DNA of 63,675 nt, the filler included, from Octopus bimaculoides (taxonomy: Eukaryota), in NCBI RefSeq assembly GCF_001194135.2. It is 8 parts of 6 records of this genome, joined end to end, with 100 filler letters (N's around TTAATTAATTAA, not from the genome) between each part and the next. Parts side by side here need not be neighbours in the genome. Positions count along the whole stretch, not along the records: positions 51,760 to 58,152 come from NC_069010.1; positions 58,253 to 63,675 come from NC_068985.1; 6 more parts are not named here. One strand, 5' to 3'. Positions 53,682-63,675 of this stretch are shown in pieces (the first letter of the stretch is position 1; each line of letters opens with the position of its first letter). The notes under the pieces are model-generated. The model made no database searches. It worked only from the letters and a program-made list of their open reading frames with translations, and was not told where the DNA came from. Made by a program: the position numbers and the translations under genes.

Positions 53682-54599
53682 NNNNNNNNNNNNNNNNNNN
53701 NNNNNNNNNNNNNNNNNNNNNNNNNNNNNNNNNNNNNNNNNNNNNNNNNNNNNNNNNNNNNNNNNNNNNNNNNNNNNNNNNNNNNNNNNNNNNNNNNNNN
53801 NNNNNNNNNNNNNNNNNNNNNNNNNNNNNNNNNNNNNNNNNNNNNNNNNNNNNNNNNNNNNNNNNNNNNNNNNNNNNNNNNNNNNNNNNNNNNNNNNNNN
53901 NNNNNNNNNNNNNNNNNNNNNNNNNNNNNNNNNNNNNNNNNNNNNNNNNNNNNNNNNNNNNNNNNNNNNNNNNNNNNNNNNNNNNNNNNNNNNNNNNNNN
54001 NNNNNNNNNNNNNNNNNNNNNNNNNNNNNNNNNNNNNNNNNNNNNNNNNNNNNNNNNNNNNNNNNNNNNNNNNNNNNNNNNNNNNNNNNNNNNNNNNNNN
54101 NNNNNNNNNNNNNNNNNNNNNNNNNNNNNNNNNNNNNNNNNNNNNNNNNNNNNNNNNNNNNNNNNNNNNNNNNNNNNNNNNNNNNNNNNNNNNNNNNNNN
54201 NNNNNNNNNNNNNNNNNNNNNNNNNNNNNNNNNNNNNNNNNNNNNNNNNNNNNNNNNGTCAATGCTTTGATTGTCTTGTCTGGAAATTGAAAAACAAAAA
54301 AAAAATACATTTAAATGATGGTTGTCTTAATGAATTTCATTATCGTCATTATATTGTTGTTGTTGATAAAGATAAAAAGCATGGGAAAAAAATCAATGCA
54401 AAAAAAACAAAAAAAAATAGTCATAGACATATATACAGAGCGTTTGAAGTAGCGTACAGATATTGTATCATCATTGTTTAACGTCCTCTTTCCATGCTAG
54501 CATGGGTTGGACGATTTGACTGAGGACTGGTGAAACCAGATGGCAACACCAGGCTCCAATCTAATTTGGCAGAGTTTCTACAGCTGGATGCCCTTCGAG

Positions 54600-55010
54600 A
54601 TAAAAAGGGGGCAGTCAGAATTTTGGATAACTGCCTCCGCCTTAGCAAAGGCAGAGGTATTGTTTTTAGTCGTGTTTGTTTGTTTCTCCATGGACAAGAT
54701 ATCTCAAGAACCGCTGGATGGATTCGGATGAAACTTTCAGGGATGTTTGGCCTCGTGACTGGCATGGACTGATTAGATTTTGGGTTAGAGTTAGGGTTAG
54801 GGTTAGGGTTATAGATAGCTATATTGACAAAAAGGAAGCAGTCAGAATTGTGAATAATTCTTTATTAGCACTTTCGTTTGTTTATCAAACTTGTCAAGAC
54901 AGAATCAAAATATTTCATTTTGAATTTGTCTTGACGAGTTCGATAAACGAACAAAAGCGCTAATGAAGAATTATCCAAAATTCTGACTGCCTTCTTTTTC
55001 TCAATATACA
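54600..55010. mobile_element. Helentron/DINE-like element with internal TTAGGG repeats
   Basis: Homologous to 16680-16870; GGGTTAGAGTTAGGGTTAGGGTTAGGGTTA at 54782-54811. Confidence 0.5.
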
Positions 55011-55063
55011 ACATGTGTACACCACTTCAAACAAACACTATTTGTCTGTCTGTCTGTCTCTCT

Positions 55064-55104
<41 letters not shown>

Positions 55105-55404
55105 CAAACATACATACACGCACACCCTCATGCAACCCAGTCGCAGCACTACCTGTTTCATGGTTAGGTGGATGGCGACGAAACCAGGCCTGGAGGGTGT
55201 AATGGAACACTCTAGAAAACCCAAAACAAGATTTATCAAAGAACACATGAGCTGATTGCGAGCCAATCGCCACGAGTCAAGTGGTGTCTGACTAAAACAT
55301 CCTGCACGTGAGCAGGATGGTAAACTAAGCAGCTGGTCCAAAATTGCAGCCACGGAAACATCCATCAAAGACATACTGTGCTCTCATGCTGGAGCTGCCA
55401 TCCA

Positions 55405-55925
55405 CAAGTGATGTGGTAAGTAGCTTGCTTACCAACCACATGATCCTTGGTTCAGTCCTACTGCATGGAACCTTAGGCAGGTGTCTTCTACTATAGCTTC
55501 GGGCTGACCAAAGCTTTGTGAGTGGATTTGGTAGATGGAAACTGAAAGAATCCTGTCGTATATGTGTATGTGTGTGTGTGTTTGTGTGTCTGTGTTTATG
55601 CCCCCAACATCACTTGACAACCGATGCTGGTGTGTTTACGTCCCCGTAACTTAGCAGTTGAAACTAAGCCTTGTACTTATTCTACAGTCTTTTTTTGCTG
55701 AACCGCTAAGTTACAGGAACATAAACACCCCAGCACCAGTCACCAAAGACACACACAAACATAAATATATACGATGGGCTTCTTTCAGTTTCCATCTACC
55801 AAATCCACTCACAAGGCTCTGGTTGACCTGAGGCTTTAGTAGAAGATGCTTGCCCAAGGTGCCATGCAGTGGGACTGAACCCGGAACCATGTGGTTGGGA
55901 AGCAAGCTTCTTATCGCACAACCAC
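55405..55925. mobile_element. Tail-to-tail inverted pair of SINE family B copies
   Basis: Plus copy 55405-55660 directly followed by minus copy 55665-55925. Confidence 0.85.
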
Positions 55926-56395
55926 AACTACATCTATATTATATATACATACACATCATCACTTAACGTACACTCTTGGAGTGGTCGGCGTTAGGAAGGG
56001 CGTCCAGCTGTAGAAACCATGCCAAAACAAACTGGAGTCTTGTGCAGCTCTTCAGCTTAACAGCCCTGGTCAAACCGTCCAACCCAAGCCAGCATGGACA
56101 ATGGATGTTACATGATGATGATATATACACATATATATACACATATCAAACAGAGTCATTAGTGAAGGATTACCAATCTGGGCCAAATACTCTACAAGCT
56201 CTCTTTTAGCACACACATCAGGCTAACAATATAGTTTGTATTAGTAAAGAACTGTGTGTAATGGAGTTCTTTGCTTATCTAAACAATGGGCTGATTGTGT
56301 AAACCTATCAATAACGGATCTATAACGACACTGGAAACTTCAGCAAAAAAAAACCTGTAACAACCATTATTTATGTCTTGTCTCGTGTGTATATA

Positions 56396-56463
<68 letters not shown>

Positions 56464-56624
56464 GACACACGTGCATAACAAAGGATGGATTGTTTATGTG
56501 TTGATGTGATGGCATCTGACAAATGTGATGATGCTAAATCTAACAAACTGCCACACCAACACTGTTAATTAATAATCATCAGCAATAATATCATTATTAT
56601 TATTATTATTATTATTATGATAGG

Positions 56625-56820
56625 CTGTGAGCTGGCAGAATCGTTAGCACTCTGGGCAAAATGCTTAGCGGTATTTTGTCTGTCTTTACGTTGACTTTGC
56701 CTTTCATCCTTTCGGGGGTTGATAAATTAAGTACCAACGAAAAACTGGGGTCGATATATAATCGACTAGTCCCCACCCGACAAATTAGAGGCCCTGTGCC
56801 TCCAGCAGAAAGGATCATTA
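56625..56820 (+). mobile_element. SINE family A with long (TTA)n tail
   Basis: GAGCTGGCAGAATCGTTAGCAC...TTTGCCTTTCATCCTTTCGGGG. Confidence 0.85.
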
Positions 56821-56824
56821 TTAC

Positions 56825-56916
<92 letters not shown>

Positions 56917-57700
56917 ATTATAATTTTATGTTTNNNNNNNNNNNNNNNNNNNNNNNNNNNNNNNNNNNNNNNNNNNNNNNNNNNNNNNNNNNNNNNNNNN
57001 NNNNNNNNNNNNNNNNNNNNNNNNNNNNNNNNNNNNNNNNNNNNNNNNNNNNNNNNNNNNNNNNNNNNNNNNNNNNNNNNNNNNNNNNNNNNNNNNNNNN
57101 NNNNNNNNNNNNNNNNNNNNNNNNNNNNNNNNNNNNNNNNNNNNNNNNNNNNNNNNNNNNNNNNNNNNNNNNNNNNNNNNNNNNNNNNNNNNNNNNNNNN
57201 NNNNNNNNNNNNNNNNNNNNNNNNNNNNNNNNNNNNNNNNNNNNNNNNNNNNNNNNNNNNNNNNNNNNNNNNNNNNNNNNNNNNNNNNNNNNNNNNNNNN
57301 NNNNNNNNNNNNNNNNNNNNNNNNNNNNNNNNNNNNNNNNNNNNNNNNNNNNNNNNNNNNNNNNNNNNNNNNNNNNNNNNNNNNNNNNNNNNNNNNNNNN
57401 NNNNNNNNNNNNNNNNNNNNNNNNNNNNNNNNNNNNNNNNNNNNNNNNNNNNNNNNNNNNNNNNNNNNNNNNNNNNNNNNNNNNNNNNNNNNNNNNNNNN
57501 NNNNNNNNNNNNNNNNNNNNNNNNNNNNNNNNNNNNNNNNNNNNNNNNNNNNNNNNNNNNNNNNNNNNNNNNNNNNNNNNNNNNNNNNNNNNNNNNNNNN
57601 NNNNNNNNNNNNNNNNNNNNNNNNNNNNNNNNNNNNNNNNNNNNNNNNNNNNNNNNNNNNNNNNNNNNNNNNNNNNNNNNNNNNNNNNNNNNNNNNNNNN

Positions 57701-57759
<59 letters not shown>

Positions 57760-58251
57760 TGTTTAGTTTGGCAGCATGTGATTATCAGCGTATAGAGACA
57801 TCTCAATTATAGATTGAAGTGTGTATGCACACACACACACACACACACACCTAGCACCTTGCTGCACTCAAGACCTGTCCTCCACAGCAAAAGCATGAAG
57901 ACTGGTCTCCTCGCCCCCTGGTGATGGGGATTGGTGGTCTGCAAGGGTCCTGTACTGGTGTCACACTGAGAGCACCCAGCAGCATTCACTGTAAACTGGC
58001 TGGTGTTGCGACGGGTATCCAGCCATACATAGAAACCTTGCCAAATCAGACCCGGAACCTGGTGTAGCTCGACTGCTTGCCAAACCTCTCATCGAATGGT
58101 CCAACCCATGCCAGCATGGAAAACAGGTTAAATGATGATGATGATGATGATANNNNNNNNNNNNNNNNNNNNNNNNNNNNNNNNNNNNNNNNNNNNTTAA
58201 TTAATTAANNNNNNNNNNNNNNNNNNNNNNNNNNNNNNNNNNNNNNNNNNN

Positions 58252-58390
58252 NCTTGTTATATTTCTTTTCATTATGTGTTTTTGGTAATTTCTGGTGGGG
58301 AGGCTTTGGTCTTGTGCAGCAATTAAAAATCCATCAGTCTCTGCTTTGAGTCCTGAGCTTCTCAGCCATCGCTGATTACTATTATTATTA
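58252..58390 (-). mobile_element. R4/Dong-like fragment next to (TAA)n
   Basis: QRWLRSSGLKAETDGFLIAAQDQSLPTRNYQKHIMK. Confidence 0.85.
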
Positions 58391-58391
58391 A

Positions 58392-58422
<31 letters not shown>

Positions 58423-58975
58423 GACATATACATAGTTATATACGCATAATATATATATATTTATAAACACATATGCATACATACAAATGTGCATATAGAT
58501 ACTAACACATAGCGGCTACATGCAATCAAACACACATATTTGTGCGTGCGTATATGTGTGTATCCATGTTGTATGTGTGTGTATATCTATGTGTGCATTA
58601 TATATAAAGGAAATAAAAGCATTACATAGATAATATCAGCAACACAAAGCAATAGCAAGGAATCTAAGTAGGAGTTCTCACCTCACCACTCTTAAATATT
58701 TGTATGTCTTTGTGTTAGAAGCTCTGTGAAAAGCTTAAATCACATTAGAGCCGTTCGCCATATTAGATTAAATCACATACATTCGGTGTTGAATTCAACA
58801 GGTGTTAGCAGCTGGTGCGTAAGCCAGCTTGGTGTGGGCGGTGTGTTGTATATCTTTCTAGGGATACATGTGTGGACTTATGCATGCGTGCGCACGTGTG
58901 TGTCTGTGTGAGCTTTGATTTCAGCGTTTGAGGCTGTGTGTATATATATATATACATATATACATATATATATAG

Positions 58976-59029
<54 letters not shown>

Positions 59030-59346
59030 ATACATATATATAAAGTTATGATCACACAGACACATTGACGGATATAAGTATGTGTGTGTGTGTTTGTATG
59101 AGTATATGTGTAGATATGTGTAGATGGATGCATAAATTAATATATGCATATCTGTATGTATTATGTATGTAAATAAACAGTTTCAAATTGGACTTGAAAT
59201 GGATATGCGTGCTTATATAGACGGACATGACAGAAGTAAATAGACACATCATAACATCGTCTTGTATTTATTTTAATTTGTAAATGCTTATATTTCTTAT
59301 TAATTGACATTTTTATGCTTCAGGCTCTATATGTGACTGTTTAATC

Positions 59347-59650
59347 ATGCCATGTACAAAAGAAGCCTTGGAACTATCTGAATTTCAAGGAGGCCGTATT
59401 GTGGGTCTTTCTCAAGGTGGACATTGCGTAAAATCGAAGAAAACTTTGGGATCCCGCTTTCTACAGTTAATAGAGTGATTATGCAATTAATCAGAGAGAG
59501 GCAGGAGTCAACATCACCTCGCCCAGATCAACCAGGGCCCTCTGACAGAACCCTTCTCTTTGCTAAGAGAATTGTGAAGGATAATCCTCGCTACAAGGCC
59601 TCTGACATAGCAGACCAAGTTGATGTCAGTCCCAGAACAGCTATCAGATA
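59347..59650 (+). mobile_element. Tc1-family transposase N-terminal (HTH) fragment
   Basis: ELSEFQGGRIVGLSQG..RKIEENFGIPLSTVNRVI...PRP..PGPSDR..KRIVKDNPR..ASDIA..VDVSPRT. Confidence 0.8.
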
Positions 59651-59759
59651 TATATGTGTATGTGTATCTGGTTGATGTAAAGGTAATGGCCGATCTTAAG
59701 GTCTCTCTATAAATAATGAAAAAGCCCATGATTAAGACAATATTTATCCGTTAATATAA

Positions 59760-60560
59760 TTTCCATTGTTTTCTAAAACTTCATTTCATCTGTCAACAAG
59801 CTTATAAATGTTACGCTTGTAAAATTGTTTAGATTTTGATGCGAAATATGAATCCAACTCATTTTCAACCTCTTCTCTTGATGCGAACCTAAGACCATTT
59901 AAATGGTTCTGTAGTCCCCGAAACAAGTGATAATCAGAAGGAGCAAGGTATAGAGAATATGAAGGATGAAGCAATACTTCCCAACCAAAGCTCTTCCAAG
60001 AGATCTTTGGTCAGTCGAGCTGTGTGAGGACGAGCATTATCATGGTGGAAGATTATACCCTTCTTGTTGACTAAGCAGGGTCGCTTTCTTTTCAAATCAC
60101 CTTTTTCAAATGGCGACGTTGATCACAGTAGAGATTAGCAGTAAAGTAATTGTTTGATTGTTGTCTAACAGTTTATAATGGACAATTCGTTTAATATCCC
60201 ACCATACACTCAGCACGATGTTCCTTAGATGAAGTCCTCCTCTTGGTTGTTGAACAGCTCTACCTCTTCGACTGTAACAAGTCTTCCTAAAAATGGCTCC
60301 TTAAGGTCTCATGAAAATCATGACTGACAACAAACAGGACGCTGGTGCAGATTCTCTGGAGACAGTTCGTGTGGAATCCATTTTCCAACCACTGTAACCT
60401 TTCCGATCCATTTCAGTTCTCGTATGGTAACGTTAAACACACACACAGAAGGAAAGAGATTCCAAATATCAGATCCAGAGACGCTCGAACTTATACACCG
60501 ACATCTTTGCCGAGGACTAAGTCCTCGTGCTAAAAAGTAGCTATAAGAAGAATCCACGTG
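59760..60560 (-). mobile_element. Mariner transposase relic
   Basis: GKWIPHELS and LHPSYSLYLAPSDYHLFRGLQNHLNG (WVPHEL and YSPDLAPSD mariner motifs). Confidence 0.85.
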
Positions 60561-60642
60561 AGCAGATATGGAGATAATAATACAAATAAACAATAAAACC
60601 GCCCAAACTTTCACTTGTTTAGTTACATTATTATCTCTCTCG

Positions 60643-60705
<63 letters not shown>

Positions 60706-61029
60706 NNNNNNNNNNNNNNNNNNNNNNNNNNNNNNNNNNNNNNNNNNNNNNNNNNNNNNNNNNNNNNNNNNNNNNNNNNNNNNNNNNNNNNNNNNNNNNN
60801 NNNNNNNNNNNNNNNNNNNNNNNNNNNNNNNNNNNNNNNNNNNNNNNNNNNNNNNNNNNNNNNNNNNNNNNNNNNNNNNNNNNNNNNNNNNNNNNNNNNN
60901 NNNNNNNNNNNNNNNNNNNNNNNNNNNNNNNNNNNNNNNNNNNNNNNNNNNNNNNNNNNNNNNNNNNNNNNNNNNNNNNNNNNNNNNNNNNNNNNNNNNN
61001 NNNNNNNNNNNNNNNNNNNNNNNNNNNNN

Positions 61030-61060
<31 letters not shown>

Positions 61061-61452
61061 GTCCACTAACTGAAATGATTGCTTCTTAGTTTTGCAGCTG
61101 GCAAAAGAATTTCAAATTTAACCATATATATATATGATTATGTTCACGCACATAGGCACACATATTTGCGCATGTGTACTTTTATATGTGAAAAGATATA
61201 TGTATATATGTTTTCATTTAGTAGCTAGTGAGTTAAGGATTCAATATACGTAACCGAATTCATTCATATATTCAACCACAAGCCTTGTAGATGCATGTGT
61301 GCATGTAGAATAGAAACAGAGGGTAGCGTGCGTGTGTATGATTGAGTATGTGTGTGTGCGTTAAAACACTCACTCATAAATTTCAGTTAAATTTTATGTG
61401 CATAGATACTTATATGTATACACACACACACACATTTCCTTCTTTCTTTTAG

Positions 61453-61583
61453 AACAACGACCTTCATTATTATGAGTGGTCGGTGGATTGGCCAACTCGT
61501 TGCAGTGTTGTGCAAAATATCATGTACCATTTACGATATTACTTGTGGACGTTTCACCTCACAGCTGGCCTCCTCCACTCGAG
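61453..61583 (+). other. Candidate exon of unknown gene (possible later exon of the 986 gene)
   Basis: Pyrimidine tract catttccttctttcttttAG and donor G|GTTAAT; two open frames; no recognisable homology. Confidence 0.2.
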
Positions 61584-61708
61584 GTTAATTTTCCCTTTCA
61601 TTGTTTTGGTATCCATATAAAAAAAATGAATTACAAATCAACCATTTCAAATATTTCGAACATTTCTGGTGTTGCAATTATATCAGAAATCATCATCATC
61701 ACCACCAT

Positions 61709-61770
<62 letters not shown>

Positions 61771-61774
61771 AGTT

Positions 61775-61990
61775 GATGAGATGACAAAATCGTTAGCGAA
61801 TCGAACATTGAATATTTAGAGGTATTCCTTCCAGCTCTTGACTCACAGAGCTCAAATACCGCCAAAGCCGATTTTGCTTTTCATCCTTTCGGGGTCGATA
61901 AAATAAAGTACCAATGAAGTGCTGGAGCACGGGTCGATGTAATTAACTAAACCCCTTCGTCAAAATTTCAAAGCTTTCTACCTATATTAC
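61775..61990 (+). mobile_element. SINE family A (diverged)
   Basis: TTTTGCTTTTCATCCTTTCGGGGTCGATAAAATAAAGTACC. Confidence 0.8.
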
Positions 61991-62153
61991 AAGGAATTAG
62001 TACTTGTTCGAAAATCGTTGCTTTGCTGACACCACGATAGTAAAATTTTAAAGATCGTTTCTCCTTCAATGTATAACATATATTCGATTTAAATGCAAAG
62101 GGTCTTTGAAAATATTAGGAAGTCATTAGCTTCACACTTCTTTTCGTTTTCAG

Positions 62154-62248
62154 AAAAGAACAGATACTGTATTACGTGCTTTGCAATTGATGGTTTTATC
62201 ACTGCAGGCTTTATAAACTGTCTTGGATCTTTTCAGTCGTTATCATAG
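62154..62248 (+). other. Candidate terminal exon of unknown gene
   Basis: Acceptor cttcttttcgttttcAG; phase-1 reading (E)KNRYCITCFAIDGFITAGFINCLGSFQSLS* is TM-like. Confidence 0.22.
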
Positions 62249-62483
62249 ATATTGTTTATCTTTTCTCAGTTTAGTTCCAATTCTTTTCAAATTTGGTTAT
62301 ACGGATTTATTTTTTTGTAGGCTAGTTATTAAGATAAAATTCTTTTTTCATTTTTCTTTTTTTTTTTTGCCATAAATTAAGAAATGAAAAGTTAATGATT
62401 TTTAAAGTTTGAAAATTTTGGTCAATTTTAACCAATTGAATGCTCCCATTATACACATGACTGTAAATCTCATATTGGTGTCC

Positions 62484-62497
62484 GTTTCCATAGTAAC
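62484..62497. promoter_or_regulatory. RFX X-box-like motif in a GC-elevated unique island
   Basis: GTTTCC AT AGTAAC fits the relaxed consensus GTHNYY-AT-RRNAAC. Confidence 0.25.
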
Positions 62498-63675
62498 AAG
62501 CGAAGCTGCAGTCTGCCCTGTTTTATAACAAGGACTCTGTGACACTTTCACCACTGCAACCACCACCACCACAATTTTGACAAGCGAGTTCATTTGTACC
62601 GACAGACAACTGTCGCGCAGAAAATGCGCAGCTTCTGGTTCCTGCTTTCGGATTGAACTAAACATTATCAAAATTTGGATCTCTGTAACATTTTTCTAAG
62701 TCGTTCTGGGAATATATGGTTCCCAAATTCGAATCCAGCGTGAAAAATTATATTAGTATACAAAATTTGACAATTTTCACTTAATTCTGAAATTTCCAAA
62801 TCTGTGACAGCAAACAAAAAGATTTACGGTTTTGTCTTATTATTTAACCAAAAGCGGTTATATAAAAACATTTTATCTCATATTCTGCAAACACAAATGA
62901 TTTCTCCAGAAATTATTTTTATAGTCAAGTGTTTGCCTTCATTTATCATTATGATGTTTTCTTAGCTGATTTGAAGGACACTTCAGAGATATTTCAAGTA
63001 GGACGACAAAAATATATATAACCTCGCATATGTGTGAATATATGTTTGTATATTACTAATAATAATAGCAGGCGATAATGTTTTGCAATTTTATAATCTA
63101 GTAAGCAGCACCACAAAATTCCCATGCTAACTATATTGTAATAACTATTAGAGTTTTATCGTCTGAGCATTGCTTAACTTTAGCTATATATCAAACTTGA
63201 AGTTAGGATGTATCATCAATTACAGGGAATATTTTACATTGTATGTTTATATCTGTTGCATGGTAAATAGTCCACGTTCTTTGTGTAAACATACATACAT
63301 GTCAGTGTGTGAGTCTATGTATATACACATATATACATGCATACATATGTATGTACTACATACACATATATGCATACATACACACACATGTGCATACATA
63401 CATACACATACATATATGCATGTGCTTATGTGTGCATGTGCTTTGCATCTATTGCCTTTATTGCTCTTCTTAGACCTCTAATACCCGACATTTTTTTCTG
63501 AACGTCTTTCTTGTACACAAGATTTTGAAGAATTTACGTTGATTTCTCTTCTGAACCCACACACACACATTTTTGTTGAAGTATTTGCTATTGTTGCCTT
63601 TCGAATTCTATAGTTTCATATTCGAAAGCCATTTTCTTCATTTACTCCAAGTCTCGCTCAGAATTCAGTCATACC

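Noticed and set aside
58680-58725. Possible CLCN6 exon ending YLRVVR|GTGAGA
   Set aside because: Too little similarity to FQSISLRKIQFNFPYFRSDR.
18828-61089. Long ORF calls rich in X, YI, CV, HT, I, L or N runs
   Set aside because: Translations of N gaps and (TA)n, (TG)n, (TAA)n microsatellites.
62402-62671. Minus-strand 89-aa ORF with signal-peptide-like MNSLVKIVVVVVAVV
   Set aside because: The hydrophobic run derives from a (GTG)n tract and no homology is recognisable.

Overview
AT-rich eukaryotic genomic scaffold with many N gaps, dominated by microsatellites and transposon debris. The repeat families and style suggest an octopus/coleoid cephalopod genome; this is an inference from pattern recognition, not a database result. 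Nearly all ORFs in the supplied track are artefacts of microsatellites or N runs. Host-gene content I can support: (1) three internal exons of a CLC-6 (CLCN6) chloride/proton exchanger on the minus strand (51034-51119, 49196-49312, 48427-48596), with canonical splice sites and consistent phases; (2) a first coding exon of a probable claudin/PMP22-like membrane protein on the plus strand (986-1214). Mobile elements include three tRNA-derived SINE families, RTE-type tails, R4/Dong-like, RTE and L1/Tx1-like LINE fragments, two decayed Penelope-like elements, maT (DD37D), Tc1 and mariner relics, and Helentron-like elements. The most interesting non-coding signals are two identical type I hammerhead ribozymes 980 bp apart (4808-4938, 5788-5918), whose stem II is extended into a four-way junction and which flank a hairpin-rich spacer (retrozyme/Penelope-like); a variant minimal hammerhead; a degenerate ~31-bp array with a conserved CTAAACAC core abutting a CLCN6 splice acceptor; a perfect 34-bp hairpin; and a 3' tail shared between a SINE and an L1/Tx1-like LINE.
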